A stretch of DNA of 64,000 nucleotides, taken from positions 41,098,672 to 41,162,671 of the forward strand of contig JASCQW010000190.1 in NCBI GenBank assembly GCA_030264375.1, in the 5' to 3' direction. Positions 49,400-62,000 of this stretch are shown here, one piece after another. Within the stretch, counting starts at the first letter, position 1; the number at the start of each line of letters is the position of its first letter. Source of the stretch: Carcharhinus longimanus. Taxonomy: Eukaryota. The position numbers and the translations under genes are program-made. Below the pieces are notes generated by a model that ran no database searches, was not told the DNA's origin, and saw only the letters and a program-made list of their open reading frames with translations.

Positions 49400-49970
49400 C
49401 AGAGATTGTAGCCTATCCTTTCCACCCAACTCCATGATAGCACTTGCTGACCCAGTCTGCAGTGCAGTGTCTGGTGGTTGATATCTCAGCTTTCAATTCA
49501 GGCAAAAATCACCCAACGTCTCAGTGCTTTAGTAGAAACTCAGATGGCGGTGGACTTGAGATGCCCGCTTGCTACAATTCAGGTTCATGGTTGTGGATCT
49601 TAGTGCTTAAAAGGGCCCACAGTCAGCGGTCCTTCCTCCAACATCTTGAGGTGCAGCCATTGGGAGTGACAGTAGCTCCATGGAGCAAGAACTTGCTGAC
49701 CTCTGACAGGGCCTCAACAGTCATGCTCCCAGCACCTACACTCCTCCAGTGTCCTTGCTGTTGGCTCTCAACCAGCCAGCCAGAATGCTGCTGCTCACAC
49801 TCAGATGGCGCAGTTAAAGCTGGCCCCTTAAGGCCGGGAGATTCTCAAGGTTGTTCTGCAAGGTCCTCTGCAAATTTTCTCTGCTGATAATCAAGAGCCT
49901 TTGATCAGCTATGCTGCGGCCACTGGGAGAGAACTATGTGGGAGCAGATAACAGGAAAACGCAACAGCAA
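49400..49970 (+). pseudogene. Probable Harbinger ORF2 C-terminal remnant
   Basis: Degenerate Ser/Pro/Ala-rich frame ending ...SYAAATGRELCGSR; lies convergent to the transposase at 50175-51028. Confidence 0.4.
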
Positions 49971-50174
49971 GAGAGACATTGATGAAATGTACCAAGGGAA
50001 TATTCAGTTTTGGAGTTTCAGTAAGTGGATTTACTTTTGGATAAAAATGCTTTGGAAAGATTATTGCCCATGGTCCTTATTGGAGGATTTTAGCCAAAAG
50101 CATGTTATAAGGTAATCCTACAGAGAAGTTGAGGTGAGGATTAACGGAACCATGATAGTGAAGAGATATTCCCC

Positions 50175-51028
50175 TAAGGGAAGCAGACTCTCAGACAACC
50201 TAAGGGCCCCACGTACATTGTCACAACCTCCTCCTCTTCCATTTCTGCCTCCGCCTCCTCTTCTCCCAAAGTGGACTATGGATACCACCTCTGGGGGCAA
50301 TAGGTCTCATCATGATAGTGCTGAGGACATAGCAGACTAACATGAGCTTGGTGACCCACTGCAGCATGTAGTCTCCCAAGTAGTCAGGGCAATGGAAACA
50401 TTGCTTGAGGTGCAGGTGGTCTGCTCCATGCTGTTTCTGCAAAATGCATGGTTTTATCTATCTTGTGTTGTTAGGTGGTGGATCATCAGCTAAGTGTAGA
50501 GAGCTTAGTCATTGACTCTGAGAATGCTTCTCTGGTTCTTCTTGAAAGCACAAAGATGATAGGAGCAGCAGCCTATCTGTGGATGAAAGCATTGAGTTTG
50601 CTGTCAGGTTAAAAGTATACGGTGAGATTATCACTTGTGCATGATTTTGACTGCCCATTGATAGACTGGCAGCCCTTATGGTTACGCATGCACTTCCCTT
50701 TGATGGAGGAGTGCATTTCAACTCATAGTCGTGCAGTCAATGGTCCATCCGCTATTGGAAATACAGCTATCGTGTGTCCATGTGCCTGCTTATCCAGCTT
50801 CCTCCTCCTTTGATAGTACAGGATGCAGTCACCTCTCCTTGAGACTCTGAAAAGTCCCAGAAACATCGCTGGAGAGTGTGCTGGGAGATGCTCGCTCTCC
50901 GAAAACCCATGCTGGGTGAAGTTTTTTCAGGGGTACCTCCTCCTCCTTCTCCCTCTTCACAGAGCTTCCCCTCTCTGCATCTTCTGCTCTATTTGTTGGT
51001 CATGTTGAAGACCTAAGGCACAGCCCAT
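50175..51028 (-). pseudogene. Harbinger DDE transposase pseudogene (internally deleted, frameshifted)
   Basis: N-terminus MGCALGLQHD..RGRRRRRYP; IAVFP..IDCT; RNHKGCQSINGQ; PDSKLNAFIHR; MEQT..LKQCFHCPD..VTKLMLVCYVL, all HARBI1-family motifs in the correct order. Confidence 0.85.
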
Positions 51029-52124
51029 GTCTCTCTTGCAGACTTCATGTTTAGAGGTGAATGGTTGGACTAAACTCATCAAAAAGACCCCCAGAGAGTT
51101 TGTCACAGCATGTCCACAAATATTCAGTGCAGCAAAAGTCAGAAGCACCTCCTGCAATTTGGATGCCTGGCCTGTAAATAGTGCTGGTAGGGGCAGGGGA
51201 AGGGGTACCCCTGTGCAGCTGAACACATATAAGCAGAGAGTTATTAGCACATGTATACACTGGAGCTGCACAGTCCAGGTTTCCACAACTTGCATCAACT
51301 CAGCTGGAATCATTGTTTGATATCATGATCTAAATGCCTCTGACACTTCCAGCATACTTACCCTGGACACCTGCACAAGTGCCTTTCTCAATATGGGTCA
51401 CTGCACAGTCCGTTGACGCATTCTGGGGCTTCCAGCAGCACTAAGTATCCTACTTATGTGATCTGTTACTCCCCCAGCTAGGATCAGGTAAATCAGCTCA
51501 GTCGAGCAATGTTGCCTATAACAGGTCACTACCATTCACATGGGGCACTCACGCACTTGGCAACTACTTCAGAGCTTTATGTCATCTGTGTTGCACAAGC
51601 AGAGAACTCGGCCCTGCTATGTTTCAGTGAATGGTCTTTAAAGGAGCTTACCCTAATCTGGTCAGGCATGTGCATGTTATACTGCCGTTAAATCTGCTGC
51701 GCACGCTGAGTTGTAATCTGATTACCGGCGTAAACACAGGGGTCTATAAACAGACAATAATTCTCAGCAAACATAGTTGAACCTTTAATCAACACAGGAG
51801 AACAGGGAGGGGCTATTACTCAGTCACGTGAAGTCTTCAGTCATGGAAATGGATATCTGATTAATGTATTATTAAAATAAAATCAACTGCTACAAGTTAT
51901 GGCCATAGTTTGCTTGTGGAACTTAAAGAGTGTATAAGACATTAGAGTTCCATCACCATTGGGATCTGTTTTCAGACGTTAGGCCATAGTTAGGAAAGAC
52001 GCAGTACACAATGCAGATTACGAAAGCCACTAGAGGATGCTCATTAAAATATACCTTGGTGTTTTCCTTCTGCATTTCCTGTTTGGCAAAGTGACTTTTT
52101 CAGTTAAAGGGGAGAGTCTTGCTT

Positions 52125-52380
52125 ATGCAAATTACATCTAATTAGCAGAATTAATCACTTATGGCATCCATGATAGGATTATGAATATAACCTTGCAAGT
52201 TTCGTAAGGATAGCTTATGTCGTGTTTTTGTTGGGGAAACATTTAAGTAACCTAATTTGAGGATATGAATATAGACCGAATTTGCATAATTTATTACCCA
52301 TACGAGCACAATGTGTTTCCCAAGTTTAGTTGTGGTGTGACTTCTGTTGAAAAACATGCCCTAGTTAATCTTATTTGCAT
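52125..52380. promoter_or_regulatory. Cluster of three perfect octamer (POU) motifs in a TE-free island
   Basis: ATGCAAAT 52125-52132, ATTTGCAT 52280-52287 and ATTTGCAT 52373-52380; function is inferred. Confidence 0.5.
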
Positions 52381-52777
52381 TTGTAAAGTGGGCCCACTAT
52401 TAAAATTCCACCGCTTTCTAAATAACGTAATGAATGCTTCGGAAAGGTAAGATTTCCCCTTAACATTAAGAGGAAAGTTGATTTTAAACTGGTAAGTTGG
52501 AGAGGTCATTAGTTATTCATCAATATTTCCTATTTCTGAAAGTGAGGTTAATATTTCTTTATTAACCATCAACTACGACCTGAGTGCCAATTTTATGCTG
52601 AGGAAGCACATTAGAAATCAAACTTAGTGTACAATGTCAGACATTAAAGTTAACTGTTAGAATTATTTTTATATGAAGCACGTCAAATTGAAAAGACAAT
52701 AACATTCTGTGATGTCGAGTCTGAGAACATTCCCTGAACAAAACTCCTCCAAAAACAATTTTGACATTTTTTAAAAC

Positions 52778-53095
52778 CCGTGGCACAGTGGCATAGTTGC
52801 CTCACAGTGCCAGGGACCCAAGTACAATTCTGGCTTCGAGTCACTGTCTGTGTGGAGTTTGTATGTTCTCCCCGGGTCTGCATCTGCGTAGGTTTCCTCC
52901 AGGTGCTCTGATTTCCTCCCACAATTCAAAGATGTGCAGGTTAGGTTGATTGGCCATGCCAAATTGCCCGTTAGTGTCAGGGAGATTAGAAGGGTAAAGA
53001 CATGGGGTTACAGAGATTGGGCCTGGCTGGGATTGTTGTCGATGCAGATCCAATGGGCTCAATAGCCTCCTTCTGCGCTGTAGGGATTCCATGAT
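52778..53095 (+). mobile_element. HE1-like V-SINE
   Basis: tRNA head (degenerate), V-domain, CR1-type tail. Confidence 0.85.
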
Positions 53096-53423
53096 ATTTG
53101 GGCCGGAGAGGTTCACTTTGATACAGTTTACTCCAATATGATATTCGTGGCAAGCAGGCAATGTTATCATTTCTGTCATGAATTCTGAATCTGTTGTTAA
53201 TAGACATAGCACCACATGTAGCTACATTTACTGCGAGTGTTTTACACCAGAGAATATAATGAGAACTGGCCTAGGTTTGCCATGCAATGTGAAACTGATC
53301 TGCTTTGCAATGTTTGGGTTGCTGAAATGGCTCCGGCCCACAGTAATAACATTTGCTTTTCTCTCTTCTGGACAGGGGGATGGGGGGAGTGGTCACGGAT
53401 GCTACAATGTTTAAAGGAACACA

Positions 53424-53597
53424 TGATGTGGAGATGACAGCATTAGGTGGGCACAGTAAGAAGTCTCACAACACCAGGTTAACGTCCAACGGTTTATTTG
53501 GAATCACAAGTTTTTGGAGTGCTGCTCCTTCATCAAGTGAGTGGCCCAAATTCCAAATAAATCTGTTGGACTTTAACTTGATGTTATGAGACTTCTT
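53424..53597 (-). mobile_element. Penelope-like terminal repeat with inverted partial copy and 10-bp TSD
   Basis: Flanked by AAGGAACACA at 53414-53423 and 53598-53607; contains a decayed hammerhead (TTGATGA/AAAA) at 53505-53542 on the minus strand. Confidence 0.8.
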
Positions 53598-53979
53598 AAG
53601 GAACACAGAACAGAAAGTAATGAGAATGTGCAAACTCCACACAGACAGTGACCTAAGCCAGGAATTGAACTCAGGTCCCTGGCACTGTAATGTAGCAGTG
53701 CTGTTGGCCTGTGTATGTGTTAACGTGGCTTTACTATACCATTTATTCCCATTTTAAAAACATAGTCTGAAAAGTTGATGCTGAATTTACTTGAAGATTA
53801 ATTGAAGGTACGAATCTATCTAAAATTAACAACAAGCTATAAGAAAAACCTATTGAAGTTTTTCAGTTTTTCCTGAGATGTGTTCATTTTTAAGAAATCA
53901 TTTAAAATTTGTATTATTCAAATATCCAAATCTTGTATCAAAAATTATGATACAAGTAAATGGAAGAAACAGAGGGATT

Positions 53980-55520
53980 ATTCTGAAATACCAATTTCTA
54001 GTCATTTCTTAAAAATGAACACACAATAATTTGAGTCTGCCTTGTTCCTACCAAATGGGTAAGCTCAAACTTTTCTGCATTAAAAGTTCATCTGCCAGAT
54101 CCTGTCCCACTCACTTAACCTTAAGTTTTTTGTTTAATTTTTGCAACTTATTACCCCACCTATTTTAGTGTCGACTGCAATTTCGGCAATGATAAAGAAC
54201 AAATAACAGTAAAGCACAGTAAACAGGACCTTTGGCCCTACAAGCCTGTGTCATGCCTTGGTCCCACTAGACTATNNNNNNNNNNNNNNNNNNNNNNNNN
54301 NNNNNNNNNNNNNNNNNNNNNNNNNNNNNNNNNNNNNNNNNNNNNNNNNNNNNNNNNNNNNNNNNNNNNNNNNNNNNNNNNNNNNNNNNNNNNNNNNNNN
54401 NNNNNNNNNNNNNNNNNNNNNNNNNNNNNNNNNNNNNNNNNNNNNNNNNNNNNNNNNNNNNNNNNNNNNNNNNNNNNNNNNNNNNNNNNNNNNNNNNNNN
54501 NNNNNNNNNNNNNNNNNNNNNNNNNNNNNNNNNNNNNNNNNNNNNNNNNNNNNNNNNNNNNNNNNNNNNNNNNNNNNNNNNNNNNNNNNNNNNNNNNNNN
54601 NNNNNNNNNNNNNNNNNNNNNNNNNNNNNNNNNNNNNNNNNNNNNNNNNNNNNNNNNNNNNNNNNNNNNNNNNNNNNNNNNNNNNNNNNNNNNNNNNNNN
54701 NNNNNNNNNNNNNNNNNNNNNNNNNNNNNNNNNNNNNNNNNNNNNNNNNNNNNNNNNNNNNNNCTCCGTCTGATAAAGGCAAGCATATCATATGCCTTCT
54801 TCACCACTTTCTCCACCTGTGCTGCCAGGGATTTGTGGACTTGCACAGCTAGGTCCCTCTGTGTATCTATACTCTTGATGGCCCTACTTCTATACTCTTG
54901 ATGTTACCTACAATCCCTGTATCCAAGCCATTAATACATACAACCATCAGCAAGGGCCCTGACACTGAGCCCTGTGGAACACCACTGAAAACAACTTCCC
55001 ACCTGCAAAAACGTCTGTCAACCATCATTGTCTGTTTCTTGTCATCAAGCTAATTCTGATCCAACTCATCCAGCAGGATTTTATAGTCTTGCTCAGGCAA
55101 GATCAGAAATTCCTGCCCAAGGTCAATGGAGATTTCTGTTGTCAGACCCTCATCCGCTCTGATTCTGTGGCGGGCAAGGGGTAGCGTTTTGGCCATCATA
55201 TTCCCCTGTATCCCATTGGATTTTACTTTTCTGACTAGCCTCCATTTGTGGGACTTTGTCAAATGCTTCACTAAATTCCATACAGCCACCATCGACTGCA
55301 CTACCCTCATTAATCTTCCTTGTTACTTCCTCAAGAAATTTGATTCAATTAATAAGGCACAATCTTCTCCTAACAAAACCATGCTGATTATCCATACTAT
55401 ATTTCTAAGTGACAGTTTATTTTGTCTCTCAGATTCCAATAATTTTGCCACTAATGAGGTCAGGCTGACTTGCCTATAATTTTCTGGCTTAGCCTTTGCA
55501 CCCTTTTTAAGTAATGGTAC
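53980..55520 (-). mobile_element. CR1 LINE fragments (nested, gapped, with a MITE at 55072-55197)
   Basis: QVEKVVKKAYDMLAFIRR; FSGVPQGSVSGPLLMVVCINGLD; KWRLVRKVKSNGIQGN. Confidence 0.85.
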
Positions 55521-56541
55521 GAGTGCATATATATGAATTGTAATCTCTGTGAAATAGAAGCATAATTAAACATTTTTTATCAGTGTAATATTTTCTCACT
55601 GAGCAGCATTCAGAATTTTCATGTCATCCAAATAAGTATTAAATTAATGATCAAAATCCACCAAGAATGCTAGGGATTGTCGTCAGTTGTGACATAGATC
55701 GAAACAACACTTAAACTTATTAGATATTGAACTGCGGGTGTGAAAAATAGAAAATTTGTGCTACAGTCCCATGATGACAACTGCTGCTTACGTCTTGCTG
55801 CATTTGAGCCCCTCATGATTTAGGCACTGGAGTCATTCTCTTTGTTGCTCAGAATTAGTTCAGGGAAGATAGGAGAATTGGTAGGCTACAAAGATGGATG
55901 GTGGAGCAGACAAACTGGTGGAGCAGATGGTGGAGCAGACAAAGTGCACAAGCTGGAGAGAAAGCAGGAGAGTTCAGATAAGGAGAGAGTTCTGAACTAC
56001 TAAATTCCCTAAGATTAAATTCCAATCTGAGTGGTAGCAAATTATCTGAAATTAATGCCTCCAACAAATTTTGAATTCCAGGATATTCTAGAATCTAGGA
56101 CAGTAATTGAATTTTACTTAAAAATGACCTGAATTAGAACCCAGCCTGTCCCAGCCCTGAACTCAGATCTTTAATTTCTCTCTTATCCCCTCTCATGCCC
56201 TCACAAAGCTCATCTCGGCCATGAGACCTGCCTCCTGTTCCCTTGACCTTGTTCTCACTAAACCCCTAGCCACTCAGTTTCTTTTCCCAATCTCTTTAGT
56301 TACTATCCCCATCTCTCCTTTATATCTGCTGTCATTACCCATCATCTCAAAAAACAATCTTTAACCCCACCCTCCTTGGAAACTCCTGTCACATTTCCAA
56401 CTTTCTTTTCTACTCTAAAGTCTTTGATCATATTGCTGCCTCCCAAATCTGTTAACATCATCCCCAGAAATTACACAGTTGAATTCCTCCAATCAGTAAT
56501 GAAACATATAAACATCCAAAATAGGAGCAGAAATAGGTCAT

Positions 56542-56846
56542 TATGGTGGCCCAGTGATTAGCACTGCTGCCTCACAGTGCCAGGGATCCAAGTTCGATTC
56601 CGACCGTGGGTCACTGTCAGTGTGGAGTTTGCACGTTCTCCTCGTGTCTGCGTGGGTTTCGACTAGGTGCTTCAGTTTCCTCCCACACTCCAAAGATGTG
56701 TGGGTTAGGGTAATTGGCTATGCTAAATTGACCCCAGTGTCAGGGGGGCTAGAAGGGTAAATATGTGGAATTATGGGGATAGGAACTGGGTGGGATTGTT
56801 TTCAATGGGCGAAATGACCTCCTTCTGCACTATAGATTCTATGATT
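56542..56846 (+). mobile_element. HE1-like V-SINE inserted in a CR1 3' end (56500-57200, minus)
   Basis: Head TGGCCCAGTGATTAGCACTGCTGCC, GTTCGATTCC B-box, tail GATTCTATGATTC. Confidence 0.85.
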
Positions 56847-57194
56847 CAGCCCTCTAGCCTGCTCTTCCGTTCTGTAAGATCAGGGCTGATCTGCTTGTGG
56901 TCTGAGTTCTACATTTTCATCCACTCTTTGCCTGACGAGAATCTATTTACCTCCGCCTTAAAAATATTCAATGACCTCTACATTCTGAGGCACAGAGTTC
57001 CAAAGTCGGACAACCCTCAGAGAAAAAAAAATCTCCTCAACTCTGTTCTAAAAGGATGACCCCTAATTTTAAAACATTGGCCCCTAGTTCTGGATTCACC
57101 CACAACATCCTATGCACATCCATTTTGTCAAGACCATTCAGGATCTTCTGTATTTGAATCAAATCATCCCTCACTTCTTAAATTCCTGTGGAAA

Positions 57195-57475
57195 CAAGCT
57201 CTTATCAAAGTCATAAACGACAGTCTATGTTACAGTGACAATGTTAAATTATCCTTTCTCTTCTGTCTTAATATGTCTTTGACATGGTTGATCACATCCT
57301 CCTCCTCCCACCCTCTCCCCTGTCACCCTAATATACCACTTTGACGAAACGTTTGCCAATCTGTCCTGATATAGCCCTACGTGGCTCAATGTCAAATGTT
57401 GTCTTGTAACACTCCTATGAAGTGCCTGGGACTTTTTATTATGAGAAAGGTGCTATATAAACATTAATTGTTTTT
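57195..57475 (+). mobile_element. L2-like LINE fragments including the 3' end
   Basis: ALIKVINDSLCYSD (L2 ALxKVxND motif); CTCCTATGAAGTGCCTGGGAC...AAAGGTGCTATATAAA end. Confidence 0.65.
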
Positions 57476-58573
57476 ATTAAATCATCAACAAAGGGTCAAA
57501 CAATTTTTATGAAGGTTTTTATCGAATAGTCAGCTAAAATCGGCTCTGATAATTTTTTTGGCTGGGCAATCAAAGTTTGTTTCGAGTCTCTCTGACTTAC
57601 ACACAGTAGCTTGCTTTGTAGGACAGTCACTTACCCTCTCAGTTTTCCTCCACCCTCATTAAACAATACAAAAATTTTATCTTCAGTCAGGTGAATTTCG
57701 CCTCGGGGACACAGCTCTCACACAATTAACACTGGAAAAACAACCGGCCTTTTTAGTCCCCAAGTGATATTTCATTTGATCTAATTGCATGGTCATTTCT
57801 TTTCTCCCCTCTGATCTGAATAGCAGGGGGGGGTAAAACAGAATCAAACAATTACCTCGACGAGCCCATCAAAATAATCACTGAGTTTAAAGCCACGGAT
57901 TCATAATAATAATATTTTAATAACATTTTTCGAAACATTATTGTCACCAACTGGTTGCAATCTTTGTGTGATTGATCTCTAATTAACTCAACTCCACAGT
58001 AATGTTGAAGGTTTCCTCTGAAAACCGCTCTGCGTTTAGTTAATTAATCCACGGCGTATTGTGAATATGATGATGCTTCCCCCCACCCCCATCCTGCCAC
58101 CTTTGCAGCAAAGTCGAGTGGCGGGCTGAAGTGTGCAGGAATTCACTGCTTTATATTTATCTTTGCGAAGGATGTGTCTGATCCACCAGTGCTGCTGTTG
58201 ATGGATTAAGTCAATTGGAAGCTCTCATTCCACAAGGTAATAAAACTGTTTGTTCTGGATTTGGTCAGAGTGTTTGATCCCCAGCAGAGTTCTGCAGTAA
58301 GTGGTGGCATCACTGTTTAAATAAGCTTCAGCAGCTTATGTCATTCAGCTTTCAGTGCAGTACAAGTGTTGTAAGGTAGATATTTTAAACAAGAGCACTT
58401 CTCGGATGAAATGCAGGGGACTACAGAATGGCTGGCAGCTGGGAAAAGGCCACAGCCTCCAACTTGTGGTCTCAGAATTTGGAGTAGGTAAACCCAGGGT
58501 GCAAGGGTAGCCCTGTAGCACAGGTGTTGCACCATGCTGAGTTTTGCGACCCAAGACATTCCGGGCTAAATTC

Positions 58574-58800
58574 AACACAGTAAGAAGTCTCACAACACCA
58601 GGTTAAAGTCCAACAGGTTTATTTTGTAGTAAATGCCACTCATTTTCAGGGCTCACCTGATGAAGGGGCAAAGCCCTGAAAGCTAGTGGTGTTTGCTACC
58701 AAATAAGCCTGTTGGACTTTAACCTAGTGATGTGAGACTTTTAACTGTGTTTACCTCAGTCCAACACCGACATCTCCACAACATGACCACCATCAACACC
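58574..58800 (+). mobile_element. Penelope-like terminal repeat in an inverted (hairpin) arrangement
   Basis: Arms 58574-58652 and 58673-58751 are reverse complements around a 20-nt loop. Confidence 0.85.
58653..58689 (+). ncRNA. Minimal type I hammerhead ribozyme motif
   Basis: TCAC-CTGATGA(58657-63)-A-GGGGC-aaa-GCCCT-GAAA(58678-81)-GCTA-GTGG. Confidence 0.75.
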
Positions 58801-59659
58801 TTAAATTCAATAGACACAGAAAAAGGCGGGGGGATTGTGACAAGTGATCAACCAATTGCCTGCACTGTAGGCAGCACACCAGCTTCAGGCTGCCTATTCT
58901 AAATGATTTAACTCTCCAGCCAACACTAACTGGTTACATGCTTGAATGGATGGCCAAAACCGTGAGCAGTTAGTCGTGGTTAAAGCTAACTTCACTGTTC
59001 AAAACTAGTCTGTACCTCTTAAAGGAAATTGTGACTGAAACAGGTGCTTTGAGTCCTGGAGGTGCTGAGTTTGACCTTGGAAAGACAGAAGAATGGCACA
59101 ATTTGGGAGAGGGTGGACTCCGACCTGTATGGACACTGCAATGGAAGCCTCAGTGGACAAGGGGAAAAAGAGAAGTGACATTCAGTATTTGCAGGTGTCA
59201 GGAGGTCCTGTGGAAAATGGATAGTGTGGAGGTCAATGCCAGGATCAAGCACCAAGAAACTGAATGCAATTCTGCAAGCAATTCTATAACCTTAAACACA
59301 TGGTCACAATCAGTGAAGGCCACATTCTACAACAGCACCACTAGCCTCAGACATTCGTAGGTTGACTACAACTCTATCACTCACTTGTATTTTACCACCT
59401 AATTGCTGCCGCATACAAAACGTGGCGCTGAGTTTCGCCACCTGGTGAGACAGAGTTGATCGAGTCATCAACACCCCGCCCCCGTCCCCCGCTGCACCCC
59501 ACTCCCCTGCTTCCCTCACTGCCTTTAACCTAGAAGTAGCATTCCTATCACCCCTACAAAATCCAGATTATAAGCACAACTGAATGTCTTTTACACCCCC
59601 CACCTCCACCCACCACCCACCACCTCCCCCCCTCCCCCCAACACCCACCCCACCCCGGG

Positions 59660-61110
59660 AATGTCCATTTAATGCGGTCATGGCTGATCTTAATCCACGT
59701 ACTTGCCTTTCCCTTGTATACCTTCAGATGACAATAATCGATCAATCTCAGGTTTAAATTTATAATTAATCTAATATCACTTACTATTTGTGGAAGAGAG
59801 TCCCAATTGTGTGTGAAAGAGTTTTCTTATTTTACTTCTGAAAGATTTGACTCTAGATTTAGACATTGAAAACTTTGATCACATCGAATGTGGACCTAAA
59901 TCCCAGGATGTAAGACCCCAGTTTGTTTAATCTCATCTTGTATTTTGACCCTTGGATACTAGGTGTCATCTGTGCCTTTCTAAGGTGTAGTGCCCAGAAT
60001 GACTCGCAGTGCTCACTCCATCAGTGGCCAAACAGAGCTTTGTATAGCTGAGGCATGGCTTTCATCCCCTTGCATGCTAGTCCTCTAGATATAGAGGTTA
60101 GCATTCCATTTATATTTCTCACTATTTTCTGCACCTGTCCTTAACACCTTAATGATTTATGTTTTTGGATTCCAGGTATCTTTGGAGCTCCACAGATACT
60201 AACTTTCCAGCATTCAGAAAGTAACCTCTCTATCCTTTTTATGTGGATGACCTCACTTTGTCTACATTGAAATCTATTTGCCACAATTTTTATTATTCAC
60301 TTTCTCAATATCAGTTATGTAAAGCATTCTTTTTGGCTGTATCACAGCTTGGCTCCTGCTTTGTCCAAGATTGCAATAAACTACAAAGGGTCATGAATAA
60401 AGCCCAGTCCATCACTCAAACCAGCTTCCCATCCATTGACTCTGTCTACACTTCTGGCTGCCTTGGAAAAGCAGCCAGCATAATCAAGGACCCCACGCAC
60501 CTTGGACATTCTCTCTTCCATCAGGAAAAAGATACAAAAGTCTGAGGACACATATGAACTTACTCAAGAACAGCTACTTTCGTGCTTTTGAATGGATCAA
60601 CCTTGTATTAAATTGATCTTTCTCTACAACCTAGCTATAACTGTAACATTATATTCTGCACTGTCTCCTTTCCTTCTCTGTGTATAATGTGCTTTGTCTG
60701 TATAGCGCACAAGAAACAATAATGAATCAAATCAAATCCATCTCTACTTTTTACACTGTCACCTATGTTTTCTGTCAGTGGCCAATTTGGAGGTGTGACT
60801 TTCTATCCCCTTTTCTAAGCCATTAATAAATGTTACGAAGAATTGAGGCCTTAGCAAAGATGCTGGTGTAACACCACTAATCATGTGCTGCCAATTAGCA
60901 TACTTGCCTATGATCCCTACTCTGTCTCCTCTCATTCAGCCAATTTAATACTTAGGCCAAAAATTTGCCTTCAAGATCATGTTTCAACTTTAGCTAACGA
61001 ACTCTTACAAAGTATTTTATCAAATGCTGATAAGAAGTATAGGTATTTATAAGTATTCATGTGTCCACTACCATAATCTTCTCTTCAAACACAAATCATC
61101 AGGTTCATCA
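59660..61110 (-). mobile_element. Old CR1 LINE fragments interrupted by Rex1
   Basis: Antisense CR1 3' UTR and RT pieces (QIDFNVDKVRSST; SGVTPASLLRPQFFVTFING). Confidence 0.65.
60320..60738 (+). mobile_element. Rex1/Babar LINE 3' end
   Basis: SCFVQDCNKLQRVMNKAQSITQTSFPSIDSVYTSGCLGKAASIIKDPTHLGHSLF (Rex1 C-terminal domain) and (TCAAA)n tail. Confidence 0.88.
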
Positions 61111-61304
61111 ATATTAAGGAGCTTAGAAGAGCCCTGCACTCACTTCGTGCAGAGTTGGAGCTCAGCCTCTACTCCTGCACTAGGAATGATAACTCCATGA
61201 GGACAAATATGGACCCAACCATGATGCAGTATCTGATGGCCAATATCCAGCATTGAATTTCCTGCTGCCTGTCAGCCAGCCAACTCAGATGGCTGATGCC
61301 CAAT

Positions 61305-62000
61305 CATAGAAACTAGAAGCAGGAGTAGGCCATTCGGCCCTTGAAATCTGTTTCACCATTCACTTTGATCCTGGCAAATTATCAAATTCAATATCCTCAT
61401 TTCCTCTCTTCTGCCCATATCTCTTGATCGCTTTAGCCCCAACAGCTATACCTAATTTCTTCTTGAAATGAGACAACATGTTGGCCTCAACTACATCACG
61501 TGTAGTGAATTCCACATATTTACCACCCTAGGGGTGAAGAAATTTCTCCTTACCTCAGTCCTAAAAGGTTTATCTCTTTTCCTTAAACTATGACTCCCCT
61601 ACCATTGGGAACATTTTTTCTAAATCTTTCTTGTCTAACCCTGTTAGAATTTTATAAGTTTTTATTAAATCTCCTCATTCTCCTAAACTGCAGTGAATAT
61701 GATTCTCATGGACTTACTCTCTCTTCATATGGCAGACATGCCATCCCAGAAATCAGCCTGGTAAACTTTTGCTGTACTGCCTCTATTACAAGAACATCCT
61801 TCCTCAAATAAGGACACTAAAACTGCACACAATACTCCAGATGTGGCCTCACCAATACTGTATACAATTGCAACAAGACGTCCCTATCCCTATACTCAAA
61901 TCCTCTTGCTATGAAAGTCAACATACCATTTGCCTTCTTTACTGCCTGCAGTACCTGTGTGCTTACTTTCAGCAACTGACGCATGAAGGCACCAAGTTTT
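61305..62000 (-). mobile_element. CR1 LINE 3' end
   Basis: QAVKKANGMLTFIARGFEYRDRDVLLQLYTVLVRPHLEYCVQF. Confidence 0.92.

Noticed and set aside
52373-52452. Immunoglobulin promoter (octamer followed by ATG...AG|GTAAG)
   Set aside because: The putative exon MNASE is not a hydrophobic leader, and no V exon or recombination signal sequence follows.
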